Source: Octopus vulgaris (taxonomy: Eukaryota). Taken from it: DNA of 64,000 bases. The stretch is from assembly GCA_951406725.2 (NCBI GenBank), contig OX597816.1, positions 133,362,001-133,426,000 on the forward strand, read 5' to 3'. This document shows, one piece after another, positions 27,201-39,428 of the stretch. The translations under genes and the position numbers were made by a program. The stretch's first letter is position 1. The number at the start of each line of letters is the position of its first letter. Below the pieces are notes generated by a model that did no database searches, had not been told where the DNA came from, and worked only from the letters and a program-made list of their open reading frames with translations.

Positions 27201-28340
27201 AAGACGAGTGGTCCAGAAGTAGTGATATAAGTCGAGTGTGTGACTTTGACTGATTTTAAAGTCGGATCTACCAGCTCTGGGAAAGAAACCAAAAGGGAGC
27301 GGAACTGGTCACCAGCAGTAGCGACAAAAAATGACGGGCTGAAAACAGCATTAGTAGTAACCTGAGTAGGCGTAAACAAAGACATAGAATCGTCCACGAG
27401 TCTCTGTCGCCTGACATCTACTAGTAAGTGAAAGTGGTTTAAGAAGTCCGCGCCCAGAATAGGGCATGGTAAATCTGCTATAACAAAGACCCACCTAAAA
27501 TCCCTTCGAAGGTTGAGATCTAGGTGTAATGAGACCTGACCGTAAGTTTTTATCGGGGATAGATTCACCGCGTGCAGGTTAATGGCAGATTTCTTCGGCT
27601 TGTCTGAAGTAAGACGCAAAGGCCAAATAGAACAGCTGGATCCGGTATCAACTATAAACGATTCGTTAGATACACGATCCTTAACAAAGAATGCACGATG
27701 AGATGAAAAATTGCGGGAAGAATTTGACGTGCCCAAATCTTCCGTAACTAGTTTCCCGACAGCTTGAACGAACAGGGCTGGATGCATCGACGGGCTTTGT
27801 CCTTAAATGTGTCATGGTACGAGCAGAGATTGGAAACCGTTGAAGTAGAACTAGACGACCGTGACTTAGAACGGCTTCTGCTGCGAGGACGGCGAGAGTT
27901 GACGTGTTCTCGCCACAATGTGTCCATGCGATGTGCAAATGCATCGACTCTCTCCAAAATGTCGTCATGGAACGAGGTAGAAAACTTTGTGGTAGTAGAG
28001 GAAACTACTACGGGGTCCGAAAAGGTATGGTGAGGTGCAGGCTGCACAGTAAACTCTATGATCTTGTCCCCCATGGTGGTTATCTGATCGAGCGAATTGG
28101 AGTCGGCTGTTGTGGCCAGTATGGATTGGACATTCAGTGGTAGCCGAGAGAAAAACAATTTCCTAAGCAGAGGATTGTCCTCAAGTGGAGTGTCGCTGAG
28201 TTCACGCAAACGACGAAGAAATTCAGATGACGTCCTATCTCCCAGGTGTTCATCCTGCATAAGTGTCCGGAATGTACTTTCCGCGGATTGTGTGTTCCGA
28301 CGGAGAACCTCTCGTTTTAATTTATTAGCCTTGTTTATCA
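24300..28340 (-). mobile_element. Ty3/Gypsy LTR retrotransposon, decayed and 5'-truncated (gag-PR-RT-RH-IN)
   Basis: gag with LGDR..S..LR and a CSYHDTF..ARRCIQPC knuckle; protease IVDTGS; RT KTAFTTPFG and YVDDLL; RNase H DRELLAI and TDHKPL; integrase HxxxHPG...CxxC, YHPASNGIVERFHR and a GPF module. Broken by frameshifts; no paired LTRs found. Confidence 0.92.
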
Positions 28341-28929
28341 AATCTAAGACTAGTGAGTAGTGTCTGTTAGAAAAGGGCATGAAGGAGTTGACAGAATCAC
28401 AGAGGGTATAGTCATATAACTTGTCAAGATTATTTTTGAAGTAGTATAAAGTAACTGGCTATACGGACAGTTTGAATCTGCAATTTGTTTCTGTGTAAAT
28501 TTTCAAAATAATTATCAGATGAAAAGGTGTGCGATTTTAGCTGTTGCTTCTAGCACATCCCACGACCACTTAGTACCTTCTCGTTTCTTTGTCACTGTAA
28601 CATGTATTAATGTTTTTCAATATTTTCTTTCCCGTAAACTCATTTTATGGAATGATGTTGCTGCCATCCATTGTTGGGATTTAAGCAACGACAAAAAATT
28701 TTGTAATTTAAATTTTTAACCCCTACCCCGCATCAACCGAGGCCGTGTGTGTGTGTATGTAAGAAAAAGCATATTTACTAATAAGAAAAGTATGCTATTA
28801 AATCATCTTATCGGTAATTTCCTGTTTTATGTTCATAAAATCATACTGATTCAAAAAGTTTATTTCAATAAAACATTTCGTAATTATAAGTGGTACGCAC
28901 TGCCAACAGTAAGTAAAAAGCAAGGAAAA

Positions 28930-30150
28930 ATGTTAAATTTATTCTGAAATGAGTTTCGCCAAATAAACTAGCGCAGATAGCTTAGGAAGAGCACAACTTT
29001 GTTTCCCAGTTGGTGTCGAATTTTCCGTTTTGCACGCATCCATAAATCTCTCTATATATAAACGGCAGTTTGTCTGTGCGTGTTTCTGTGTGTCTGTTTG
29101 CTTGTACCCTCACCCTGACCACGGCTTTCAACCGATTCTGATGAAACTTGACACACACATACCCCAATGTCATAATTCAAAACTAACGCAGCGAAAATTT
29201 TGAAAAGTTCCCCCAGTTCTGAAAAAAATCGATAAATTCGACATGGGGTCGAGAATCAGAAACACAAACCACAAAATGTGTAGGGGACGCAACTCCACCT
29301 TTTTTAACTATCAAAAAACAATTACCATCATTTTTTTCCATTTTTTTGCTGTTTTTTGGCTATAACTCTCTAAAAATGCTTTATAGTTATTTCCCTTACA
29401 AACCTGAGCAACGCCGGGCGATACTGCTAGTTCTCTATATTTTGAGTATGTACATCCGCATCCTGGGAATCCATAAAATTCTGTTCGTGAACAATAACAG
29501 AATGCATATAAATGTCATTGACCCAGTGGTGAATATTGTTGAGGAGCGCCAGCCATCGCTAAAGATAGTGCAAGGCAAAACCCACAGAACTGTGATTACG
29601 CGCAAAGTGTTCTCACTGTGGTCCGGAACTTACTTGAAAAAACACTTTCCAGATTGTCTTTCTTTCCACGCCATCAAAAATCCCAATGACCTCATCGTCG
29701 CTGACTCCGGTGATATTTTCGATGAAAGTACTTCGACTCATCCACCTCCACGACGATCGGCTCGTTGTTACCGTCAATCCATCCAATCTGCTGAGGATTG
29801 TCATCTAAGCATGTTTCACACAACCCATGGCAGAAATTTCACCAATCAACACATATTCTTGTTGCACCGAACCTCACGAGAAATGATGTCTTTCTGAGAG
29901 AAGTCGTATGTCCAACAATATGGTAGAAAGGTGACAGTGTACAAACTGAGCTGACTGGTTTCGAGCCAACTGCCTTGACAATGCTCGCTTTCTTTCTGCG
30001 CGTATTGCAGTCCCACGTTTTACCGTCGTTAATGATTCCTCTATTTATACGATCAACTTCACGTTGCACGCTGGGCACATGGCACACCAAGCAATACAAG
30101 TCGCTGACAAAGATCGAGCCAGGGTAGTAATTCCATGCCTTTCATTGATA
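28930..30150 (-). mobile_element. Merlin (IS1595/ISXO2-like) DNA transposase relic, interrupted by a Helitron
   Basis: VEVDESKYFHRKYHR, SDGWRS, VHEQNF...HTQNIEN|LWMRAKRK...SYL..FIWR motifs with frameshifts and stops. Confidence 0.82.
29047..29430 (+). mobile_element. Non-autonomous Helitron
   Basis: A|TC...CTAG|T termini, subterminal hairpin (cctgagcaacgccggg), no TSD; removing it restores the Merlin IENLWM codons. Confidence 0.85.
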
Positions 30151-30487
30151 ATCTGCTGATCTGTATTTCGTTAGGATTCACCAAAAAAAAAAACGAAGAC
30201 CGGCAGGGTATCCACGGGACATGCTAATCGAGTTGAAACGAAACTGAAAATAAAACATTCGATTTTTTTATATGCCTTTTTTAATCACTCTCTTGCCCTA
30301 ATGAAATTTCTGACACACATGCATACGAGCAATGAGAGAGTTGTCGATCTAAAAGTCGACTTATTTCTCGTAGACAATTATATATCTTTTTATATTATTA
30401 TCATTCATGGAGAAACTTTTCTTTGCAATACAGATTTCAAAAATCAAATTCGTTTTTCTGGAGGACGCACAGTTTCAGAGCCTTTCG

Positions 30488-30556
<69 letters not shown>

Positions 30557-30767
30557 GGAATATTATTCCAAACTTACAGGAAAAAATTCAATTTAGAAAT
30601 ACTAAGTTAAATTTCACAAAATATAATATATATATATATAAATTAGAAAAAAAACATTTAAGATTTTATTTAGATGTTTATTAAATTAATTAATTAATTA
30701 ATAATTTAATTTAATGTATATAGTTTAAATCATAGTATTTAGTTTTCAATTAATGTATATTTTGTAT

Positions 30768-30841
<74 letters not shown>

Positions 30842-30970
30842 TTTAAATTTTTTATTAATTTTATCTTATTTTTTAAACAAGAATATATTTGTTAAGATAT
30901 TTCGTATTTTACAAGACTATCTACATATATTTATTAATTTATCTAATTAATGATTTATTGTTGTTATCTT

Positions 30971-31070
30971 TAACCTGAAGAGTGGCATATTTATATTGAA
31001 GTGATTTTACTACTACTATTATTATTACTATTATCATTTCTTAAATATAGCCACGAAACACGTGTCGTTA
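30971..31070 (+). ncRNA. Type I hammerhead ribozyme motif (Penelope-type, extended stem II)
   Basis: TAAC-CTGAAGA-GTGGCATATTTA...TAAATATAGCCAC-GAAAC-ACGT-GTC-GTTA: complete core, paired stems I/II/III, palindromic loop 3. Confidence 0.7.
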
Positions 31071-31289
31071 TTCTACCAAATATATACGTTTTATTTATTA
31101 TTTTGCACATTACTTAATCATTGTTATATGTTTTATCATATATTTAATCTTTCTATAATATGTAATTTTTCTAAATGGTATAATTTAATTTTTCATTATT
31201 GAATTGATAAAAGATGTTTTTTTCAAATTCATATATGTATGTATGTATGTATATGTATATGCATATGTACATGTATATATATATACATT

Positions 31290-31362
<73 letters not shown>

Positions 31363-31604
31363 ACACACTAACACATATATATATATATGCATAAATATAT
31401 TAATAAATGGAGTCTAACTATCTATCTCTCTCTCTCTCTCTCTCTCTCTTTATATATATACACACTCACACTCCAGCAGAGGTACTCGGCGTTGCCAGGG
31501 AATGAAAGTTTTTTTTTCCTTACATATTGGAAGGAAAAAGCAAAATATGTTGTATAGAAATTTGTTATTCTAAATTCAATTTATTCTTTAATTTGGAATT
31601 CATG

Positions 31605-31636
<32 letters not shown>

Positions 31637-32429
31637 ATAATAATAATAATAAAATAAAAATACAAATAATAATAATAATAAAAAAAAGATAAATTCTACC
31701 ACTTATGAAAGGAGATAAATTCTACCACATATGTTGAAGGAAATTATGTAAGAGCCTCTGGGTAAACAATATTCTTTGTTTTCTGGTTTAGAGCATAGAC
31801 AAATAAGTCTTGCAAACTACTTACGCTGGAGTAACTAACATAAAGTTGACCGTGAGAAAAGTAAGCCAGCAAATTTCAAAGACTGACCTTGAGCTTTATT
31901 AATAGACATTGCAAAAAAAAAGTCGCACTGGGAATTGTGTTCATTTGAACTCAAATATCTCATCCTTTCATCCTTTCGGGGTCGATAAATTAAGTACCAG
32001 TTGAGTACTGAGATCGATCTAATCGACTGGCCCCTCCCACCAAATTTCGAGCCTTGTACCTAGAGTAGAAAAAAAAAGTTATATGTTTTAGTGAAGCACG
32101 AAATCGAAACCTTACAGCTTTTATTACTAGGCCCAGTACACACTTGAGTCAGGTGACGTGTCCTGATTACCGTACAATCAGATTGTAGAAATAAGTGAGA
32201 TTATTATCATTATCTCGCCTATCTTTGTCTCTAGAAACGACTTCCCTGCCTCTAGAAACGACATCAATGTCTTCTAGAAATTCGTTATCATCATCATGAC
32301 TGATAATATTCGTCGTCAGTATGGCATTCAAAGTCATGACTAAACTATTTAAGAAGCTTATGTTTATCGATGTTAACATAAAGAAGGAAAATACTGAATA
32401 ATCAGCAATTTTTAATCTGATAAGTACCA

Positions 32430-33130
32430 ACCGACCACCACCGAAATCTGTGTTCACTGTTCTATGTAGAGAATTATAACTAACAGTTTCAAGAATATGA
32501 GAGTAGCTCCCCACCCACCATCACCACCACAAGTCATTGGAAATTATAGTTCCTGGAAGAACCAACTGACGTGTACATTCCTCTAGTGTGTCGTGATTCC
32601 AACATGGTACTGCATTAAGAAAATATCTCTGGCCTCGTGGCACACTCTTCTAAAGGCCCACTGTTCAGGTAGTAAGTACCTTTCCTCAGTTGTATTTACG
32701 TCCGAGGAAGTCTGTTTAGCCCATTTCAACAATCTTCCCAGGTTCGCCTATCTGGACCGGGTTGCAGAGCAGGTCCCCCGCATATATTTCACGAACATAG
32801 CTGTTGTAATCAACAACTGTACAGTAGCTGATCCCCAGTTCTTCAACACAAAAACTAAACTGAAGTCGATTCCTTGACTCATAAGTAAAGAAAAAGCAGT
32901 TCAGTCCTAAGAGGAAGGGTACCACCTTTGGACCATATATCTTTTCTAATAGATAAACATTCATTGCATCCTTTTCTGGAGCACCGCCAGTAAATTTTTC
33001 CGCAAAGTATCTTGTTCATAATGTGTCATTTTGTACATAATTTTCTTCTAGGGATAACACCCATCTCTTGGAAGAAACTGCATCTTCTTCGGTTTTCAAT
33101 TTCTCCATCATACTCGACATTAGGTTGAAA
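32430..33130 (-). mobile_element. Second Merlin (IS1595-like) transposase relic
   Basis: ELGISYCTVVDYNSYVREI...QIGEPGKIVEM...RKYN...LVLPGTIISNDLW...HRTVN motifs with many disruptions; possible degenerate TIRs near 32130 and 33365. Confidence 0.72.
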
Positions 33131-33469
33131 AGGTCTAGGAAAACACACAGTTCAAAGTTAAGAAAATGTGGTAGTGACAGAACAGTAACCGAAGAAAACC
33201 GTTTCTCAAAAAAAGAAAAAGAAAAGAACAGAGGTGAAAACGACAAAAAATGCAATATTACAAGCGACTTCACAAGTTTGTCTTAAACATCCATGTTTGT
33301 TTTGAGACGTTTTATACAATCTGATTAATATAAAGATTTCCTTTCACGTGACCCAAGATACTCTGGTAATTAAAAGAGAAATGGAAATGTGCATAATACA
33401 TGACATATGGACGCCAGGGAAATATGTCCTGTGCATCACATGTGATACACAGGCAAAGGGTTAGATATT

Positions 33470-34475
33470 GTCGTTCTCACAAAATGGTAATGTTGGATAA
33501 AAATTTGGCGGAGTTTTGCACTAGCTCGCCTGCATAAGTTGGATATCCCCGTTTTGATGGAGAATTTTCAAATTTGTTTTCCCCTTGACGTCAACTGGCA
33601 ATGAACTGATAGCGGCCAGTCAGGCCCCTGTATTTATTTATTTATTTTTATTGAGTGGGAAGCGAAGGAATGGTAGGTAAAATTCTCTTTGATGGGAAAT
33701 ATGTCGATTTGTTTTATTCTTGTTTTTTTTATGCGGAGTCAAGCAAGATTAATAATCAAAGTTAATATGAATTTCAATAAATTTCACTCTCTCTCTCTCA
33801 ATTATTTCATACCAACATCTGCTACCAGTCATTTGTATGCAGTACTCAAATGAGAGAACATCTATTTCATTAGCAAGAAAGTGAATTTTGGAAACAGTAT
33901 CTACTTTTTATTTAAACAATTGAAGAACAATTTAGATATGGAAGTTCCAATGATGATAGATATTTTGAAATTAGACCCGGAAAATATTCACCATCCCCGC
34001 AAATTCATAAATTCGGGGTAAATATAGTTGCACTGTTGTTTTTAAATTCATATATTTTTTTGCGTTGAATGGAAAAAGTTTCTTTTTTTTAATTACGTTT
34101 CATTTGTGTTGTCAAAAAAAGAAGTAAAAAGGGTGATCACTGTCCTGAGGGCAGGGGAGGCGGGTGACGTTAAAGACTTACGAATTTTTATGGATTTCAA
34201 ATTTCAAAAGGTTTCCCCACATCGTCTTGAAGTGCGTAGTGAAAAAAGGAATGAAAAATCCACCGAGAGGACTCTTTTGATGGGAGTGGGGATATGATAA
34301 AATCACAGATTTTCAAAATTTTTGTTTTTTCATAAAAGGCTTTCTGCATGGTTAAAAAAAAATGAAAATTCTCCGTCGAAACGGAGAAAATCCGATTTAT
34401 GTGGATGAGCTATTCCGAAACTCCACCGAAATTTTAACTCCTTTCCAACTTTCACTGCCGTTCAATGAGGGCCTC
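33470..34475. mobile_element. Non-autonomous DNA transposon with diverged inverted repeats of about 100 bp
   Basis: aaaatttggcggagttt...gatggagaattttca (about 33500-33570) versus tgaaaattctccgtc...aaactccaccgaaatttt (about 34362-34435). Confidence 0.55.
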
Positions 34476-34519
34476 GCTCAGCTTTGAGAAACGCTGCATT
34501 AGCAGCAGCAACAGTAGCA

Positions 34520-34856
34520 GTAGAAGTAGTTGATGAAGAGGAGACCCCCTTCGGTCATGAATGACCATGGGATTGCACCTAGACAGTTACCCTCCGAGGC
34601 ACAAGTCCGGGCAAGGTTGTTTGTGGAAGACCAGCAGTCGCCCATGCACACCAGCCTCCCCTCTCCACACCACTGATGTTGTCCAAGGGAAGGCAAAGAC
34701 CGATACAGCTTGGCACCAGTGATGTCGCAACCCATTCTACAGCTGAGTTAACGTGAAATAAAGTGTCTTGCTCAAGAACACAACACACAGCCCAATCGAA
34801 CTCACAACCTCACGATCGTAAGCTCGACGCTCTAACCACTGATCCATGCGCCTTCA
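34520..34856 (-). mobile_element. tRNA-derived SINE (second family)
   Basis: Head with A box TGGATCAGTGG and B box GTTCGATT, then a gttcttgagcaagacactttat core; related decayed copies at about 45470-45770 and 46585-46927. Confidence 0.7.
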
Positions 34857-37806
34857 GTAGTTTATGATACACATATAATTATTATATTGTGTCATGACGC
34901 TCTGTTAACCAACGTATGAAAGTTTTCATCTTTAACTATACTTTAAAAGCATTATGAATGAGGGCGTGAAAGCTTTAATTTTCTTTTAAAGTTCAAAATG
35001 TTGGAAAATTTCCCAATAAGCTAATGTGTGTGAATGCGTTCCACTCAGTAGTGTAGCTAGGTGTGGAAGCAACGGGATGGTCTGCTCTGAAGCAACTCTT
35101 TTAAGACGGTGGCACACATTCTAGCTTTGTCACTTTCCACTGACGGTTCATTACAAACACTTGGTAAAGTTATCTCTTAGGTTACTTTAAACTAAAATGA
35201 TCTTCGTGTTATCTAATCACGAACATACAATTAACATCAATAAGGAGAGAGTTTTAAAAAATACCAACCCGAATGTTAATAGAGATAAGTTTGCCTTGGT
35301 AACATACAAACTAATGTTTATACACGACGCAATCAAAAGGAATGTAACTTACTTTTCTTTTTTATTATTTTATCGAGTCTCATCAGATTCATTAACGAAT
35401 TCGTTTTATACATCATCGTTAGCATTAACCTAACAACAGCTAAGTATTTTTGTCATCAAACTAGATATTACTAGCAGCAAACACTGCTTGCCAAAAGACA
35501 ATTTTAAAAAAAATCAATATCCTTTAATGCACTAAATAGTTTTAACGAAAAACTAATAAAGTAACTACGTAAACACACACTCATATACATAGATGCACAA
35601 GAGCGCGAACACACTCACACACTAGCGGGAATATAATTCGATTCGATCTCCCACTCACTATGAAACCCAGAACTGTCGCTAAGCCCCTGCAACCCCTACG
35701 TAAATAAGCCATCTATTTACTTTTGTTAGGATGTTAACTGAAAATTTCAAGTCAGACAAGGAAAGTGTACTGTAAATAAATTTAAAAGAAACGAAAAAAG
35801 CAAATGAGAAAAGCTTTTCAACGAATTCCCTAAAGAGATAAAAGAAAAACGAAAGAAATCCAAAACAATGAAAATAAGAACAACTTCAAGAGAAAAGACA
35901 AGAAAAGAAAGCAGTGGTGATGAAATGATGGGGTTGTATACTTATACATACATACAAACGCACACACACACACAAGCATTAGTACACCCATTCATACATA
36001 CATACACACACATATATACGTCTGGCTTTTATCTGCTTCGGTCTACTAAGTCCATTCACAAGGCTTTGGCCAGCTCAGAGAGAGAGAGGGAGGAAGATAG
36101 ACGTGTACCAAATACACACACGTCTCTTAGTCTCTCTGTCACTCCCTCTTTCTCTATTCATTTCTCTCTCTCCGCATATATATATACTTTTGACGTTGTT
36201 ATTTCACATTGTTGAAAAGCTGGTTACTTTGTACTCAGAACAATAAGCCGTTGACCTCCTAAGGCAATAAAAACTGGAGACAAAATTCTTTCTGTACCAA
36301 AACAAGGCGCGCAAGTTTGTGTGTGTATATATATCTATGTACGAAGGAGTAGAAAAAAAGATATACTGTTAGTTTTTTATGTGTTGTATTTTAGAATCAT
36401 CACAACAGACTCTGCAGTGATGATTCTAAAATACAACGAACTGTTGATTTTTGATTTGTTGTTTGATTTTTGCAGATAATAAAAGGTGCGTAGATTATGA
36501 ATTTTGATTGAAGAGATGGGGCCTCGAAACAAAAAGTTGCAGGGGCCCCCTAAAAGTCATGCGACGGCCCTGAAGTAACCACCACTATAGCCAGGAGCTT
36601 TCTAGGCTTACATTTCCCGACCAGGCAGTAATACTATAAACTTTTGAATAACAATAACGTGAAAGTGAGCTACTCTTGCCTGGACAATATTGCTGTAATA
36701 TGCAGAACAAGTATGATGCTCATCGATGGGGAAGATTTGGCTTCTATTTTTAACATAGATATATAGGTTCGATATATATCTATGTTAATATAGGTTCCAT
36801 CGTTTGTGGTTGGGGAGACAAGTAGTAAGGATGAGAAAATGTAGTTATAGCAAGAAAGAGTGAGCAAAAGATGACAGCTTGTTCATGGTTGCGAGTGACA
36901 GCTGAGGGAAAGTTAAAAACACAGCAATTTTACTTCTGTTTAAATTAAACGTAACAGCTTTGTGTAACGGAAAACTAGCCAAGATTCGAACTGATTGATT
37001 AAAATTAAATGTAACAACGCTGTGTAATGGAAAACTAGCCAAAATTCAAACAACGAACTTTTGGTCCACTTACAGTAAGTCTCGATAGTTTCGCCAACTT
37101 GTGTACTTCATATTTTAATTTTCTGGCCCTTGTAAGGCGGCGAGCTGGCAGAAACGTTAGCACGCTAGGCGAAATGCTTAGCGGTATTTCGTCTATCTCT
37201 ACGTTTTGAGTTCAATAAATTAAGTACCAGTTGCGTACTAGGGTCGATTTAATCGACTGGCCCCCTTCCCCAAAATTGCGGGCCTTGTGCCTAGAGTAGA
37301 AAAGAATATTTTAATTTTCTTTAGTAATAAAAGCAAGAAAAGTTGTATCTGTTGACCTTTTTCAACTGATCAGAAGTGTTAGATCAACCGTTGGCGACCC
37401 TACTAACAATAAATAACTCATTTTGTTAAGTTCACTTTATATGAGCAGATAACGAGGGGATCATTCAACCGAGTTTTCGATAGAGAAACATTGATAAAAT
37501 CAAGACAATACATAAACTTCGGATATCGGTTGCTGGCCGAAAGCAACCTGCATTACTATCTCATCTGCAACACTACTTCACTTGCCAAGTTATAATACTG
37601 CTATACCAGCTACTTCTACATTACTGTCACTAGCACATATTTCTAAACTTATTCGCATAGATAGATACTGAAATTTTCTTTACCGAAAGATGTTTAACCC
37701 TCTCCCTTTCGGAACCGGTGGAGATTCTGAAGATATATCGTATCGCGTTGAAAATAAATAAATATTGGTGCTTTTTAGCGTGCAGTCTATCACAGTATCC
37801 GTAGTC

Positions 37807-37897
37807 GGCGGAGGTAAAGAATACGTACACCACCGGTTTTCGGCGTAACAAAAACTCTAACCCTAATCACCGGGTGTACGTATTCTTTACTTTCGCC
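37807..37897. mobile_element. 91-bp mini-MITE with 25-bp TIRs and a 9-bp TSD (TCCGTAGTC)
   Basis: tccgtagtc|ggcggaggtaaagaatacgtacacc...ggtgtacgtattctttactttcgcc|tccgtagtc. Confidence 0.8.
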
Positions 37898-38020
37898 TCC
37901 GTAGTCTACGCTGTGAAATGACCTGATCAGGGTTAGGGTTTCGGATTTAGGATAAGGCTTAAGTTTTAATGTTAGACCGCACGCTTAAGTATAAATGGCC
38001 CGAAATATTTTTATATAAAA

Positions 38021-38527
38021 CTAGCAGTATCGCCCGGCGTTGCTCGGGTTTGTAAGGGAAATAACTATATAAGCATTTTTAGAGAGTTACTTCCCTTATA
38101 AATTCGGGCTTTCTTAGCCATTTTTGTTTTGGTGTCTTCAAGCCATGAAGTCGTTGTTCTAAAAGAACGCTGGTTTCCTTCACAACGCATTACGACGTTG
38201 ATTTCTTTACACTCCCTTCCCCACAGCTTCACGAGGGAGGGAAGGGGGAGAAGCAAACAGGTGCAGCTGTGAGCGTGGACGCCAACTCCGCCGCCATCGA
38301 CATACGATGCATTTTATGCATTAAAATGGAATAAAAAAATGATGTTAAATTATTTTTAAAATCGTAGACTCATCGTTGACGCGCGCTAATAGTCAGACGG
38401 GCTCGATATGAATCACGACTATAAGATACCCGAATTTGGTTAAACTGCACCACAAAATGTGGGAGGAGTTAGGAATCTAAATCGAAGGGGACAGACACTC
38501 ACACAACTAGAGTTTTATATATATAGA
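38021..38527 (-). mobile_element. Non-autonomous Helitron
   Basis: Reverse complement has a TC 5' end and a cccgagcaacgccgggcgatactgCTAG 3' end, shared with 29047-29430. Confidence 0.8.
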
Positions 38528-39030
38528 TAAGTACCACGGCCTTCGAAATAATGGGGGCGTCTTTTTATGAAAAGACAAATTTGAGAAATTTACTTTTTTC
38601 TCACTCTCGGACAGATTTTGGCCAATTTTTTTGACACTACTCACTTAAAAACCAAGGGAGAAGCCTTTTCGGTAAAAACATTAATGTACCAAATTTTAAA
38701 ATTTCCAATAAACTTTGAAATTTCAACAGCTGCAGCCAAAGAGAAAAGATTAAAAAAAAGAAAAGAAAAATTCATTAAACAAAAAGGAGAATTTGTAAAT
38801 ACTTTCAAGCGAAATAGTGTGTGAATTTAAGGGAGATTTGGCCGTTTCCTGCATATTCCACGACCACCTTCCTCGCTACATTGTCACTTTCACATGTATT
38901 GATGTTTTTCAATATTTTTCTCACCATAAACACAGTTTATGGAATGATGATGCGGAAATAATACACGCGTGATCCATAAGTTTTCAATTTTTAAAAAAAA
39001 TAAAAATATGTCCAGCATTTCGAAGGTAGT

Positions 39031-39428
39031 ACTCTTTTTACTCTTTTACTTGTTTCAGTCATTTGACTGCGGCCATGCTGGAGCACCGCCTTTAGTCGAG
39101 CAAATCGACCCCAGGACTTATTCTTTGTAAGCCTAGTACTTATTCTATCGGTCTCTTTTGCCTAATCGCTAAGTTACTTAAACGAACCAGCATCGGTTGT
39201 CAAGCGATATTGGGGGACAAACACAAACACACACACATATATATATATATACATATACATATATACGACGGGCTTCTTTCAGTTTCCATCTACCAAATCC
39301 ACTCACAAAGCTTTGGTCAGCCCGAGGGTATGGTAGAAGGCACTTGCCCAAAGTGTCACGCAGTGGGACTGACGCCAGAACCATGTGGTTGGTAAGCAAA
39401 GCTACTTACCACACAGCCACTCCTGCGC
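39031..39428 (-). mobile_element. tRNA-derived SINE, near full length
   Basis: Head ggagtggctgtgtggtaag...ggttc...gtcccactgcgtg; (TAAAAGAG)n tail; collinear with 53555-53948. Confidence 0.8.

Noticed and set aside
29346-29897. 183-aa plus-strand ORF
   Set aside because: Antisense to the Merlin relic and spans a Helitron junction.
28930-33130. Bacterial IS1595 contamination or recent horizontal transfer
   Set aside because: Relics are decayed and interleaved with host repeats; Merlin is an established eukaryotic superfamily.
34760-34856. tRNA-like sequences at SINE heads (also about 37134 and 53555)
   Set aside because: A/B boxes are present but there is no full cloverleaf, and each is followed by a SINE body.
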